A DNA stretch of 64,000 nt, from the IMG/VR virus record IMGVR_UViG_3300037502_000519, positions 1,039 to 65,038 of that record; one strand, written 5' to 3'. This DNA is from a virus. Its lineage: Duplodnaviria > Caudoviricetes. This document shows positions 35,204 to 46,076 of this stretch, piece after piece. The notes under the pieces are model-generated. The model was given only the letters and a program-made list of their open reading frames with translations, had not been told where the DNA came from and made no database searches. Position numbers and translations under genes: made by a program. Within the stretch, counting starts at the first letter, position 1. Each line of letters opens with the position of its first letter.

Positions 35204-36232
35204 TTGTTTGGGTACGCTACTTTTGCCGAAGCACCATTTGCCGCTCTTGCAGAGGCAGGGAACATTTTCTCAGTTTCTATTGCGGAATCAAGCACTCTAG
35301 CAGATACCGTTTCTAGTTCTATTTTTATTTCTAGTTTACTTTCTGAGTCTATAACTGCTGCTGATAGTGTTTCTGAAAATGTTATACGTTCTGGCTTAAT
35401 CGCAGAAACAGTTACTATTTTAGACTCAACAGATAGTGTTATTAATGTTCTAGTTAGTACCACAGAATCAGTTAGCGCATCAGATTCTGTAAGTGGGGAA
35501 TTTATATTTGCAAATTCTATATCAGAAACTGTTTCAGCTTTTGACGCAGTATCCCCATCAGGACAATTTGGTATTACTGTAGCTGAAAGTGCTGTTGGCG
35601 CAGACAGTACCATATCTATAGCAGTTTTTAATTCTACCGCTACAGAAACTGTTTCTATACTAGAACAAAACAACGCAGTTTTAACTGCGGTAGCGACAGT
35701 ACAAGAAACTACAACCGCTCAAGAATTTACATTTGTAGTAGCCACTAGAGTAGGGGCGATAACAGAAACGGTAACAGCGGTTGATGCTTTTGGTTCAATT
35801 TTGACTGCTGTGGCTAGTATTTCTGAAACAGCTACCGGGTCAGACGCTGTAAGCATGACTTTAGTCGTAGGCGGGTTAATTAACGAGTCTTCTACAGGTT
35901 CTGATTCGTTAGTTGCACAGGTAGATTTTGCTGTGTCTATAACAGAGTCCGGTACCGCCTTAGATTCTGTTACATCGATTTTGACCGCTGTAGCTTCCGT
36001 ATCTGAGTCAAGTTTTGCAGCGGATAGCGTAAGTTCTCTTGGCGTGTTTAACAGCAGTGTTGCTGAAATAGTTACTGTTTCTGATGAATTTGCTAAACGC
36101 CTTTTATGGGAAATAATTGACACGTATGAAGCTGGATCTTGGACTAATATAAATACAAGTACGACTTCTTCATGGTCACAAATTAATACGTATCAGCCTA
36201 CAAACTGGCAAAATATTAAGACCGTAAACTAA
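35204..36232 (+). CDS. S/T/A/V-rich repeat protein with ~20-aa period, probable fibre
   Basis: MFG...FAE.PFA N-terminus; repeated (I/V)xE(S/T)xxxxD units. Confidence 0.7.
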   Translation: MFGYATFAEAPFAALAEAGNIFSVSIAESSTLADTVSSSIFISSLLSESITAADSVSENVIRSGLIAETVTILDSTDSVINVLVSTTESVSASDSVSGEFIFANSISETVSAFDAVSPSGQFGITVAESAVGADSTISIAVFNSTATETVSILEQNNAVLTAVATVQETTTAQEFTFVVATRVGAITETVTAVDAFGSILTAVASISETATGSDAVSMTLVVGGLINESSTGSDSLVAQVDFAVSITESGTALDSVTSILTAVASVSESSFAADSVSSLGVFNSSVAEIVTVSDEFAKRLLWEIIDTYEAGSWTNINTSTTSSWSQINTYQPTNWQNIKTVN

Positions 36233-36241
36233 GGGGCAATT

Positions 36242-36973
36242 ATGGCGCTTGTAGTTAAGGATAGAGTCAAAGAGACGACAACCACGACCAGCACTGGAAC
36301 ATATACGCTTGCCGGGGCCGTAACGGGATTTCAGGCTTTTTCGGTGATTGGCGATGGCAACACAACCTACTACTCCATAACAAACGGAACAGACTGGGAA
36401 GTTGGTATCGGAACCTATACGGCTTCTGGTACGACCCTCAGCCGAGACACAATCTTAGAGTCTTCAAACTCTGGTAATGCTGTCAACTGGGGTGCTGGGA
36501 CCAAGGATATTTTTGTCACCTATCCGGCAGAACGGTCTATGTACGTTAATGGCACAACGATCACACCTGCTATATCGGCTAGGCTTGGGTTTGCCAATCT
36601 TGCCCAAGGATCTGCTCTCTCCGTGTTAGGTGTTACGGGCAACGCTACAGCAGACGTAGCCAGCATTGCGGCAGGCACAGACCATCAAGTTCTTCGCCGT
36701 TCAGGTACTTCTTTAGCGTTTGGTGCGGTCAACCTTGCTCAATCAACAGCGATTACGGGAACTTTGCCCGTTGGAAATGGTGGTACAGGAGCAACAACAC
36801 TCACAGCAAACAACGTAATATTGGGCAACGGCACCTCGGCTGTTCAGTTTGTGGCCCCAGGTACAAATGGGAACGTACTGACTTCAAATGGTACAACGTG
36901 GACGAGTGCAGCACCCGCAGCGGCTGGCGCAAGTAAAGCGCAAGCAGTAATGTACGCAATGATCTTTGGATAG
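36242..36973 (+). CDS. Tail fibre-like protein
   Basis: MALV..DRVKETT...WEVG.GT...LSR; GTLPV.NGGTGAT; G.VLTSNG motifs. Confidence 0.7.
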   Translation: MALVVKDRVKETTTTTSTGTYTLAGAVTGFQAFSVIGDGNTTYYSITNGTDWEVGIGTYTASGTTLSRDTILESSNSGNAVNWGAGTKDIFVTYPAERSMYVNGTTITPAISARLGFANLAQGSALSVLGVTGNATADVASIAAGTDHQVLRRSGTSLAFGAVNLAQSTAITGTLPVGNGGTGATTLTANNVILGNGTSAVQFVAPGTNGNVLTSNGTTWTSAAPAAAGASKAQAVMYAMIFG

Positions 36974-36982
36974 GAGTTTTAA

Positions 36983-37357
36983 ATGGCAGCGCCAAATATT
37001 GCAAGCCCAACGACTATTACCGGCAAAACAGCGGTGGTCGATCTAAGCACAACAAATGCCACGGCTGTAGTAAGCAATGCTGCAAGCTCCGGCAAAGTTT
37101 TTAAGATTAACTCTCTGTACGTGTCTAACGTAGATGGCTCTAACGCCGCAGATATTACCGTCAGTCTGTATTCACAAGATGACATAGGTGGGACGGCAAC
37201 TCAGATCATAAGTACCGGGACTGTACCTGCTGACGCTACGTTGGTAGTGATTGACAAAGATAGCTACATCTACCTTGAAGAAGACAAATCTATCGGGGCC
37301 ACCGCATCAGCGGCTAGTGATCTTAAAGTGGTCTGCTCGTATGAGGAAATAAGCTAA
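36983..37357 (+). CDS. Tail fibre-associated protein
   Basis: MA.PNI...N.DG...VPADA.L......YLEE...SYEEI. Confidence 0.65.
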   Translation: MAAPNIASPTTITGKTAVVDLSTTNATAVVSNAASSGKVFKINSLYVSNVDGSNAADITVSLYSQDDIGGTATQIISTGTVPADATLVVIDKDSYIYLEEDKSIGATASAASDLKVVCSYEEIS

Positions 37358-39012
37358 TGAGCATCCGTGACAACGGAAGTGTTTTAGGCAAACAAAACAC
37401 ACCGACAGCTTTAGTAGCAAGCGGTATATGGTCGATGAGTGCGTTGTATTACGCTATGCAAAGCGGTGTGTGGCCTGGTAAGGGATATACAGTTGTTCAA
37501 ACCTTTACCGCATCTGGCACATGGACTTGCCCTACTGGTGTCTCTAATGTTGAATACCTTGTTGTTGCTGGAGGCGGTGGTGGCGGTGCTGGTGCTGGTG
37601 GCGGAGGAGGTGCTGGAGGTTTTAGAACTGGTACTGGTTTTTCGGTTACAGCGGGTACTGATTACACAATCACGGTAGGTGCTGGAGGCGCTTCAGTTAC
37701 ACCGAACACCGCTGGTAATAATGGATCAAATTCTGTATTTTCAACAATAACTGCTAATGGTGGCGGTGGTGGAGGAACTTATTCTCCTTCCACTGCTGGT
37801 AAAAACGGCGGCTCTGGTGGTGGCGGTGCTGGTGAATCAGGGTCTGCTGGTGGTTCTGGAAACACACCTTCTACAAGTCCGTCTCAAGGAAGTAATGGTG
37901 GTGCTGGTTTGGCAGGCAGCGGTGGCGGCGGTGGCGGTGGTGGTGGTGCTACTTCTGCTGGAGCAACAGCGACTAGCGCAACTGGCGGTGCTGGTGGTTC
38001 TGGTACAGCATCTTCTATATCAGGGACATCAGTAACATATGCAGGAGGCGGTGGTGGTGGCTCTTCTTCTGGTGCTGGGGGTGCTGGAGGCAGTGGAGGA
38101 GGAGGTACTGGTGGTTCTGGCTCTGGAGACGGAGTTGCAGGTACAGTAAACACTGGAGGCGGAGGCGGTGGTGGATGGGCAGACGCAGCAGGAGTAGATA
38201 GTGGGGCCGGTGGTTCAGGTATCGTAATACTTAAATACTCGGCTCCAAACCAGAGCGTATTTGTGTTTAAGTCTTCTGCCAAGTGGACTTGCCCGACAGG
38301 GGTAAGTTCTGTTGACTACCTTGTTGTTGCTGGAGGTGGTGGTGGTGGAGGGGCTTCAGGCGGCGGTGGTGGTCGTGGTGGTGGCGGTGCAGGAGGATAC
38401 AGAACAGGAACAAGTTTTGCTGTTAGCGCAGGTACTGAATACACAATAACGGTAGGCGGCGGCGGTGCTGGTGGCCCAGCATCAGAAGCTAATGGTGTAA
38501 AAGGATCTGATTCAGTCTTTAGCACAATAACATCTACTGGTGGTGGTCTTGGAAACGGTTACGTTTCTCCTTACACGGGAGGCTCTGGTGGATCTGGTGG
38601 TGGGTCATCACAAGGTGATCTAAGTAATGGTGGCGCTGGAAACACACCAAATACCTCTCCAAGTCAAGGAAATAATGGCGGTGCTGGAGGATCTGCTTCT
38701 GGTGGCGGCGGTGGAGGGGCTAGTGCAACAGGAAGTGCTGGAAGCGGAAGCAACGGCGGCAACGGTGGCAATGGTACAGCCTCATCAATTACAGGAACTT
38801 CTGTAACTAGAGCAGGTGGTGGTGGTGGCGCAGGCTATTCAACAGGTACAGATGGTACAGGCGGTACAGGGGGTGGTGGTGATGGTAAACATTCCACAGG
38901 AAGCGCAACCGCTGGAACTGCAAATACCGGTGGTGGCGGTGGTGGTGGCGGTCAAGGATTAGCTGGTGCTGCCGGTGGCTCTGGAATCGTAATTATTAAG
39001 ACAAATCAATAA
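37357..39012 (+). CDS. Glycine-rich protein with two tandem Gly-rich domains
   Basis: Two copies of WTCPTGVS.V.YLVVAGGGGG...GGSGIVI. Confidence 0.8.
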   Translation: MSIRDNGSVLGKQNTPTALVASGIWSMSALYYAMQSGVWPGKGYTVVQTFTASGTWTCPTGVSNVEYLVVAGGGGGGAGAGGGGGAGGFRTGTGFSVTAGTDYTITVGAGGASVTPNTAGNNGSNSVFSTITANGGGGGGTYSPSTAGKNGGSGGGGAGESGSAGGSGNTPSTSPSQGSNGGAGLAGSGGGGGGGGGATSAGATATSATGGAGGSGTASSISGTSVTYAGGGGGGSSSGAGGAGGSGGGGTGGSGSGDGVAGTVNTGGGGGGGWADAAGVDSGAGGSGIVILKYSAPNQSVFVFKSSAKWTCPTGVSSVDYLVVAGGGGGGGASGGGGGRGGGGAGGYRTGTSFAVSAGTEYTITVGGGGAGGPASEANGVKGSDSVFSTITSTGGGLGNGYVSPYTGGSGGSGGGSSQGDLSNGGAGNTPNTSPSQGNNGGAGGSASGGGGGGASATGSAGSGSNGGNGGNGTASSITGTSVTRAGGGGGAGYSTGTDGTGGTGGGGDGKHSTGSATAGTANTGGGGGGGGQGLAGAAGGSGIVIIKTNQ

Positions 39013-39275
39013 TGGACACAAAAATCTATAGACTTGTTGGGCTGGACATGGCAATGCACTTACTTCGTCCTGGTGCTAAATGGGAATGGACAGGCGGTAT
39101 TGGTTTTACTCGGTGGGAAGATCCTAGACCGCAGCCCACAAAAGAAGAAATTGATCAGACCATAGACAAGATCAAAGCCTTTGAAGATTCTATCAACACC
39201 CTCTGGTTGCCTGAACAGATTGAAGAGATCACAGGCCAACAAAAGATAATTGAGGAAGCAATTGCAAATTCATAA
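39012..39275 (+). CDS. Small hypothetical protein
   Basis: TAATG coupling; LRPGAKWE...W.D.RP.P. Confidence 0.6.
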   Translation: MDTKIYRLVGLDMAMHLLRPGAKWEWTGGIGFTRWEDPRPQPTKEEIDQTIDKIKAFEDSINTLWLPEQIEEITGQQKIIEEAIANS

Positions 39276-39861
39276 TCTGTTTCCAACAGCGTTAGGTATG
39301 TTTGATCTTGGGCGAGACTTTACCCATACAGAGATTGCGTTTATCAAAAACCAAGAGAAGCGCAATAACATGGGTAACACGACGAGCGCAGATAACACGA
39401 TCCTGAAGAATCCTGAATTAAAGGGCGTAAAGGATTTTATAGAGCAGTCTATAGCCGAGTATTTCAAGTCAGTCTATGCACCTAAGAATGAGACTACCCT
39501 ACGCATCACGCAGTCTTGGTGCAACTACACCGAGCCAGGACAGTTTCACCATAAACACGCTCACCCTAACAGCTTCATCTCTGGTGTTCTGTACCCCCAG
39601 GCCGACAAAGAGACGGACAAGATTTACTTCTACCGTGATGGGTATCAGCAGCTAAAGACACCGACAAAAGACTGGAACGTGTATAACTCTGAGTCTTGGT
39701 GGATGGAAGCATATACTGGTAGGTTATTTATATTTCCATCCAATCTAGTTCATATGGTTGAAACAGTGCATGGTAAAGATACACGGATCTCGCTGTCGTT
39801 TAACACCTTTCCTGTAGGTAATTTTGGTGATCGTGAATCTTTAACAGGTTTAGATTTTTAA
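39250..39861 (+). CDS. 2OG-Fe(II) oxygenase-like protein (TIGR02466-like)
   Basis: SWCN...HxH PNS.ISGV.Y...L.IFPS.L.H.V...RISLSFN. Confidence 0.8.
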   Translation: MRKQLQIHNLFPTALGMFDLGRDFTHTEIAFIKNQEKRNNMGNTTSADNTILKNPELKGVKDFIEQSIAEYFKSVYAPKNETTLRITQSWCNYTEPGQFHHKHAHPNSFISGVLYPQADKETDKIYFYRDGYQQLKTPTKDWNVYNSESWWMEAYTGRLFIFPSNLVHMVETVHGKDTRISLSFNTFPVGNFGDRESLTGLDF

Positions 39862-39870
39862 AGGATAGAC

Positions 39871-40239
39871 ATGGCTCATTTTGCACGTATTGACGAAAAC
39901 AATATCGTCACCCAGGTTATCGTTGTCGATAACAAAGACTGTTCAGATGCCGCTGGCGTTGAGAAAGAATACATTGGCGCTGCCTTTTGTGAGCGTTTAT
40001 TTAGGGGAACCTGGAAACAGACCAGCTACAACGGCAACCTCCGCAAGAACTATGCTGGTATCGGGTATACATACGATGCCAACTTGGATGCGTTCGTACC
40101 GCCCAAACCCTTCCCGTCCTGGGTCTTAAATGAGACAATTGCTAACTGGCAAGCCCCTGTAGAGATGCCTAATGACGGCGGTCAATATTTGTGGGATGAA
40201 GCCACAACCTCTTGGGTAGCTACCAATCAACCGGAGTAA
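39871..40239 (+). CDS. Conserved protein that accompanies Gly-rich tail proteins
   Basis: MAHFA...W.QTSYN...RKNYAGIG..YD...DAF..PKP..SW. Confidence 0.7.
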   Translation: MAHFARIDENNIVTQVIVVDNKDCSDAAGVEKEYIGAAFCERLFRGTWKQTSYNGNLRKNYAGIGYTYDANLDAFVPPKPFPSWVLNETIANWQAPVEMPNDGGQYLWDEATTSWVATNQPE

Positions 40240-40242
40240 ATC

Positions 40243-41985
40243 ATGGCAAGTACGTACAGCCCACTTAAGATCGAACTCATTGGCACTGGCGAACAGGCTG
40301 GTACCTGGGGAACGACGACCAACACAAACCTAGGCACTGCGCTGGAAGAAGCCATCACAGGTCGGGCTACGGCTACGTTTCCATCAGATGCCAACTACAC
40401 GCTAACCTATACCGACAGTAATAGCTCACAGGTCTTTCGGAATCTGGTTCTCAACGTTACGTCTTCTGGCAATCTTTCTGCCACACGGGATCTGATTATC
40501 CCTGCTATTGAGAAACAGTACATTGTAGAAAACAACACATCTGGTAGTCAGAGCATCCGGGTTAAGACCTCTGCTGGTAACGGTGTCACGATCCCAAACG
40601 GGCGTGTTGCTAATGTGTTTTGCGATGGTACAAACACACGGTTTGCTGATGACTACGTTGCGTTAAATGCTGGTACTGTTGGGTTACCAAGCCTAACTAC
40701 GACTTCTGACACCGACACCGGTCTGTACTTCCCAGCCGCTAACCAAGTAGCGTTAACAGCAAACGGTACCCAGGTATTGCGGGTTAGTCACAATGGTACT
40801 ACGGGGGCTACAACAGCTACCGGGGACGTTTCTATAAGTGGGTCTGTAACAAGTGTTCTAAAAATTACTGACGGAAGTGTAAGCGCACCGGCTCTCGCTG
40901 CGGCGTCTGATACCAACACCGGGATTTATTTTCCTTCAGATCTTGATACAAACGTAGCTATTTCTTTAAACGGCGAAAAAGCATTTGAGATTGAAAGTCT
41001 TGTGTATCTTGGTGAAACAATCATGGGGTCGCAAACGTTTGGTTTGTTGGCTTCAGCCCCAGACGAAAAGGGGCTAATTACGTGCGGTCGATATGACAGC
41101 GTGTATGGAGGTTCGGCGTACAACACTTCTGGGGGCGCAACGTTCATGGCCCTCCAGATCGAAGACACCGAAAAGATGCGTATCCAATCTAACGGAGATG
41201 TGGGTGTTGGTCTAACAAACCCAACATCAAGGATGCACATTTTTAACTCTGGCGCTGATGCTTTTTATAATTCCACAAGCAACTCTATATCTTGTTCACT
41301 TGGTGCAAGCAACGCCGGTCAGGTGTTATTTACAGGTGCGCCGTCGTCAAATATGGCGATTGGTACCACAAACGAAAAAGCCTTAAGTTTTGCCACAAAT
41401 GGAACTGTTAGGATAAATATAAGTTCTGCCGGAAGTGTGGCAATTGCTACAAGTACATCTGCTACTGAACGTTTTATTGTTAACGGACTTGGATCTACAT
41501 CATCTACGTCTGCCGCATGGATTCGGAATAGCAGTGTTACTGAACTGTTTCGTGTGCGAGATGATGGTGTTTTTTACACTGGAGCGGCTGCTCTTTCTCC
41601 CTACAACAACACCACAGGTTCGGCTGCAAACGTGTTTGTTGGTGCAAGCGGGGATTTGTACCGTTCTACATCTTCTATCCGATACAAAAAAGATGTCACG
41701 GACTACGATAAGGGTTTAAACGTGGTAATGGCGTTGCGCCCGGTTTACTACAAAGATAATCGCACAGATGAAAATAAAGTCGCTGGTGATCAAACTTACG
41801 CTGGTCTAATAGCAGAAGAAATTCACGCCGCTGGTTTGCAAGAATTTGTGCAGTACAACGCTAAAAATGAACCAGATGCGTTGTCGTATGGGAATATGGT
41901 TGCGCTGCTTATCAAGGCCATACAGGAACTAAAGGCAGAACTAGACGCTGTTAAGGCCGAGCTTGCGGCTATGAAAGGTAATTAA
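40243..41985 (+). CDS. Tail fibre with C-terminal intramolecular chaperone (peptidase S74-like) domain
   Basis: MASTYS...GE..GTWG..TN N-terminus; SS.RYKKD...LRPV...GLIAEE...Y......LIKAIQEL. Confidence 0.8.
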   Translation: MASTYSPLKIELIGTGEQAGTWGTTTNTNLGTALEEAITGRATATFPSDANYTLTYTDSNSSQVFRNLVLNVTSSGNLSATRDLIIPAIEKQYIVENNTSGSQSIRVKTSAGNGVTIPNGRVANVFCDGTNTRFADDYVALNAGTVGLPSLTTTSDTDTGLYFPAANQVALTANGTQVLRVSHNGTTGATTATGDVSISGSVTSVLKITDGSVSAPALAAASDTNTGIYFPSDLDTNVAISLNGEKAFEIESLVYLGETIMGSQTFGLLASAPDEKGLITCGRYDSVYGGSAYNTSGGATFMALQIEDTEKMRIQSNGDVGVGLTNPTSRMHIFNSGADAFYNSTSNSISCSLGASNAGQVLFTGAPSSNMAIGTTNEKALSFATNGTVRINISSAGSVAIATSTSATERFIVNGLGSTSSTSAAWIRNSSVTELFRVRDDGVFYTGAAALSPYNNTTGSAANVFVGASGDLYRSTSSIRYKKDVTDYDKGLNVVMALRPVYYKDNRTDENKVAGDQTYAGLIAEEIHAAGLQEFVQYNAKNEPDALSYGNMVALLIKAIQELKAELDAVKAELAAMKGN

Positions 41986-41986
41986 C

Positions 41987-42313
41987 ATGGCGATCCAATA
42001 CCGCTGGGAGTTTCCTAGCCTTGGCGTGACATACCATGAAGGTATGCTGACTAATGTCATATCGACCTCGTACTTCAATCTGATTGCTGAAGAAGACGGC
42101 GTGTCTGTTTATGTGCCTGGGTCGATAAACTTAGCTGCGCCAAACCCGGCGTCTTTTACGCCCTACGATCAGGTAACGCAAGAACAAGTGCAAGCCTGGA
42201 CAGAAGAGGCTATTGGCCCAGCAAAAGTGACCATATACAAAGAGAAATTGGCTGCTCAGCTACAACAAAAGATAAATCCGACTAGCGGGTCTATGACGCC
42301 TCCGTGGGGGTAA
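41987..42313 (+). CDS. Tail fibre-associated small protein
   Basis: F.PY..VT...V..W...PW pattern; follows the fibre gene. Confidence 0.6.
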   Translation: MAIQYRWEFPSLGVTYHEGMLTNVISTSYFNLIAEEDGVSVYVPGSINLAAPNPASFTPYDQVTQEQVQAWTEEAIGPAKVTIYKEKLAAQLQQKINPTSGSMTPPWG

Positions 42314-42332
42314 AAGATGAACAGGGAACGCT

Positions 42333-42800
42333 ATGCTATTAGAACTTGCAGCCGCCAATGCGGCCTTTGCAGTTATTAAGGAAGCGGTTGCCAACTCTGG
42401 GGAGATCATTCAGGCAGGCAAAGCAGTCTTTGAATACTTCGACAACAAGTCAAAGATTCAACAAAAGGTAGCAGAAACACCGGATCACAAGCGCTCAGAC
42501 CTAGAAGAGTTTTTTGCGCTAGAAGAGTTAAAGAAGCAGGAGCAGGAACTAAAAGAGATGTTTATCTACCAGGGTCGCCCTGGGTTGTGGGATGACTGGC
42601 AAAAGTTTCAGGTGCAGGCCAGGCATCGACGAGAAGAAGCAGCACGGGAAGAAGCTCGGTTAGCGCAGGAAAAGAAGGCGCGACGTAACAGGATATTTGA
42701 GCAGATTCTTCTTGGATTCTGGTTGTTTATGGCAGGGTCGATATTTTTAGGTATGTTGATTGGGGCCATCTGGTTGTACACAATCAGGGGCAAGTTTTGA
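42333..42800 (+). CDS. Coiled-coil protein with C-terminal transmembrane helix
   Basis: ELAAANAAF.VIK...GR.GLW.DW..F; hydrophobic C-terminus. Confidence 0.65.
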   Translation: MLLELAAANAAFAVIKEAVANSGEIIQAGKAVFEYFDNKSKIQQKVAETPDHKRSDLEEFFALEELKKQEQELKEMFIYQGRPGLWDDWQKFQVQARHRREEAAREEARLAQEKKARRNRIFEQILLGFWLFMAGSIFLGMLIGAIWLYTIRGKF

Positions 42801-43075
42801 CAGACAAGCGACGGTTCTGGGCGATTCTCAAGGGTACGAAGATGAAATACACCGCAGAAGAGATTCAAACGATGGTCTGGGCCATAGTGGTCATAGGCGT
42901 CCTCTCCCTGCTGGTTATCTCCACCGTTGGGATCATTTTGAGCGTTTTGTTTGTAGACCACGATCTAACCCAAATGGCGCCCATAGACCAGAAGTTTCTT
43001 GAGATCTTGAAGGAAATTATGCTGGTGGCTATTGGCGTGATCTCCGGTGTTGCCAGTACGAAGATAGGAAAATAA
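42797..43075 (+). CDS. Small two-TM membrane protein in the lysis region
   Basis: Two hydrophobic segments; start may be the ATG at 42842. Confidence 0.55.
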   Translation: MTDKRRFWAILKGTKMKYTAEEIQTMVWAIVVIGVLSLLVISTVGIILSVLFVDHDLTQMAPIDQKFLEILKEIMLVAIGVISGVASTKIGK

Positions 43076-43473
43076 TGTTACCCATCGCCGCTCTTCTATC
43101 CATCGGGGAAAAGGTTCTTGATAAGGTCATCCCCGACCCTGCCGCCAAAGCAGAAGCACAGGCCAAACTCATGGAGATGGCCCAGAAGGGTGAACTTGCC
43201 CAGTTAAACGCCGACATGAACGAGCAAGACAACCTGACAGAACGAGCCAAGGCAGATATGGCGTCCGACTCCTGGTTGTCTAAGAACATCCGACCCATGA
43301 CCTTGATCTTTATTCTGGTGGTTTATACCGTCTTTGCCATGATGTCTGCCTACGGATACAACGCCAATGAGTCTTATGTAACCCTGCTTGGGCAGTGGGG
43401 GATGCTGATTATGAGCTTCTACTTTGGTGGTCGGACTCTTGAGAAGATCTTGGCTATGAAAGGTAAGCAATGA
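43075..43473 (+). CDS. Holin (3TM, GTA-holin-like)
   Basis: DSWLSKNIRP...YFGGRT.EK; adjacent to endolysin. Confidence 0.75.
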   Translation: MLPIAALLSIGEKVLDKVIPDPAAKAEAQAKLMEMAQKGELAQLNADMNEQDNLTERAKADMASDSWLSKNIRPMTLIFILVVYTVFAMMSAYGYNANESYVTLLGQWGMLIMSFYFGGRTLEKILAMKGKQ

Positions 43474-43937
43474 CCCAACTGACCAAGAACTTTTCCCTTG
43501 CCGAGATGGTTAAGTCTGAGACTGCCTTGCGGCACGGCATGGAGAATAACCCCGGCCCGGACGAACTTAACAATCTTTTAGTGCTTTGCGCCAATGTTCT
43601 CCAGCCTATCCGTGACCACTACCAGAAGGGTGTGAAGGTCAACTCGGGCTATCGCTCGCCGGATGTAAATGCTAAAGTTGGGGGGTCAAGAACCTCAGAC
43701 CATACGCGGGGTATGGCGGCTGACATAGAGATCCCAGGGGTGCCAAATGCAGATCTTGCTTCTTATATACGAGACAATCTTCAGTTCACTCAACTCATTC
43801 TTGAATTTTATACTCCTGGTGTACCTGATTCTGGTTGGGTTCATGTTAGTTATGATGGCGAAAATCTAAAGAAGCAGGTGCTAACTGCCACAAGAAAAGA
43901 TGGCAAGACTGTCTACCTACCAGGATTGGTTGCCTAA
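43470..43937 (+). CDS. Endolysin, peptidase M15A family
   Basis: SGYRS...N..VGG...S.H..G.AADI...WVHVSY. Confidence 0.88.
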   Translation: MTQLTKNFSLAEMVKSETALRHGMENNPGPDELNNLLVLCANVLQPIRDHYQKGVKVNSGYRSPDVNAKVGGSRTSDHTRGMAADIEIPGVPNADLASYIRDNLQFTQLILEFYTPGVPDSGWVHVSYDGENLKKQVLTATRKDGKTVYLPGLVA

Positions 43938-46076
43938 ATGTCCTTCATAAAACTAATATTCAAGCCCGGTATAAACCGAGATACAACCAACTATGCTAAC
44001 GAGGGTGGTTGGTATGAGTGCGACAAGGTTAGGTTTTATTCTGGTTATCCACAAAAGCTAGGTGGTTGGATTAAGTATGCCCCCGAACCTTTTATCGGCG
44101 TCTGCCGCCAGATGTGGAATTGGTTTACGTCTTATACAGACGATCTGTTAGCAATTGGTACGGATAAAAAGCTTTACATTGAGACCGGCGCACAGTTTTA
44201 CGACATTACGCCCATCCGTACAACACTGACTACGCCTGCTACCGATAACTGCATAGAGACTGGGTTTACTGGTACCGGCAGTATTACAGGTGATGTATTA
44301 ACAATATCAGCGGTTACTTCTGGCGCTCTTGCTATTGGTAGTGTGATAACGACCGGCGCTGCGGCAGGTACAACTGTTGTTCAGTTTTTAACAGGTCTGG
44401 GCGGTACAGGTACATATGAAGTAAGTATTTCTCAGACTGTAGGCTCTACTACTATTGCTGTGGCTGCATCCACCACAGTTACATTTGGCATTACGGCGCA
44501 TGGCTGTTTGGTCGGTGATTACATAACTGTTTCTGGCGTTACCGGCGATGTAGGTGATGTACCAGATGCTGACCTCAATAAAGAACTTGTAGTCACGCAG
44601 GTCATAGATGCTAACAACTTTACCGTTGTGGTCGATAACGCTTCCACTTCTGTTGCTACGGGCGGCGGCACGGCAATAACAATCGTTTGCCAGATCCACA
44701 CGGGCTTTACAGAACAAACCGCTGGCTACGGTTGGGGTACCGGTGGGTGGGGTGATGAACCTTGGAGCCTTTCGTCTGCTCAGCCGGTCTATCTACCGCA
44801 ACGGGATTGGTACTTTGACAACTTTAACAACGATCTCGTTGCTAATATCCGTGCTAATACAGCCGGGACTGGCGCTGCCATCGGTGGGCCTATCTATTAT
44901 TGGGAACGCGGCACTAACGTAAGCCCGACTACTGCGCTGGGAACCCCTGCCGTTTTATTGTCTTCTTTGTCTGGCGCTGATTCTGTACCGGAAGAGGCCA
45001 GCCAGATTCTTGTTTCTCAGAATGACAAGCACTTATTGGCGTTTGGTTGCACTCCATATTACGTTTCCCCCGACCCAAAACCTGCGTTTGATCCTCTTCT
45101 CATCCGTTGGGCGAGTCAAGATGAGCCGCAATATTGGAACCCGCTAGGTACGACGCCTAATAGTTTGCCTAGTTCTGCTGGTTTCTTACGTGTATCCCGT
45201 GGCTCACGGATCATACGGGCTATCCCCACCCGCCAAGAGACAGTAGTTTTTACCGACACGCACGTTTATTCGTTGCAGTTCTTAGGTACTACAGAAGTCT
45301 TTGGTCTACAAGAACTCTCTGACAGCATTTCAATCATATCGCCCCGTGCGCCTACGTCTGTTAATAACGTGGTGTTCTGGATGGGTACGGATAAGTTTTA
45401 CATGTACGATGGTCGGGTACAGGTACTCCCCTGCACTATTCGTGAGTACATCTTTAAAGACATCAACCTTAATCAAGCCGAACAGATTATTTCTGGCACT
45501 AATGAAAGCTACAACGAGGTCTGGTGGTATTACTGTAGTGCTGACTCAAATGCTATTGATCGTTATGCTGTCTACAACTACCTAGAAGGGATTTGGTATT
45601 ACGGCACTCTTGAGCGCACGGCGTGGTTGGATAAAGCATCTTCTGGTAAACCCTTGGCTACTGAATACGCCGCAGATACAGGGCTTTCCTATCTCTATCA
45701 ACACGAGACCGGAGTAGATGCTGACGGTGCGCCGATGGAGACATTTATCCAGTCTTCAGACTTTGACATCGGTGACGGCGAGAAATTCATGCTTACCCGC
45801 CGTATGATCCCGGACATCAACTTTGTGTCTTCAACGGCAGCGAATCCAGAGATAGATCTCACGGTGCGCCCAAGAAACTGGCCTGGGTCAAACTTTACCA
45901 ACGACCCATCTGACACCCAGCGGGTTATCCAGACCTCGGTCAGCCAATACACAAATCAGATTTTCATTCGGGCACGGGCTAGACAGTTGGCAATTAAGGT
46001 TGCCTCGGACGATCTAGGTGTGTTCTGGCAGTTGGGTGCCTTGCGTCTGGATGCTAGAGAGGATGGTAAACAGTAA
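43938..46076 (+). CDS. Tail / DNA-stabilisation protein (P22 gp10 or tail tubular-B-like)
   Basis: 712-aa beta-rich; PGIN, IRW..QD, FWMG...FY.YDG, EVWW.Y, RARARQ. Confidence 0.7.
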   Translation: MSFIKLIFKPGINRDTTNYANEGGWYECDKVRFYSGYPQKLGGWIKYAPEPFIGVCRQMWNWFTSYTDDLLAIGTDKKLYIETGAQFYDITPIRTTLTTPATDNCIETGFTGTGSITGDVLTISAVTSGALAIGSVITTGAAAGTTVVQFLTGLGGTGTYEVSISQTVGSTTIAVAASTTVTFGITAHGCLVGDYITVSGVTGDVGDVPDADLNKELVVTQVIDANNFTVVVDNASTSVATGGGTAITIVCQIHTGFTEQTAGYGWGTGGWGDEPWSLSSAQPVYLPQRDWYFDNFNNDLVANIRANTAGTGAAIGGPIYYWERGTNVSPTTALGTPAVLLSSLSGADSVPEEASQILVSQNDKHLLAFGCTPYYVSPDPKPAFDPLLIRWASQDEPQYWNPLGTTPNSLPSSAGFLRVSRGSRIIRAIPTRQETVVFTDTHVYSLQFLGTTEVFGLQELSDSISIISPRAPTSVNNVVFWMGTDKFYMYDGRVQVLPCTIREYIFKDINLNQAEQIISGTNESYNEVWWYYCSADSNAIDRYAVYNYLEGIWYYGTLERTAWLDKASSGKPLATEYAADTGLSYLYQHETGVDADGAPMETFIQSSDFDIGDGEKFMLTRRMIPDINFVSSTAANPEIDLTVRPRNWPGSNFTNDPSDTQRVIQTSVSQYTNQIFIRARARQLAIKVASDDLGVFWQLGALRLDAREDGKQ

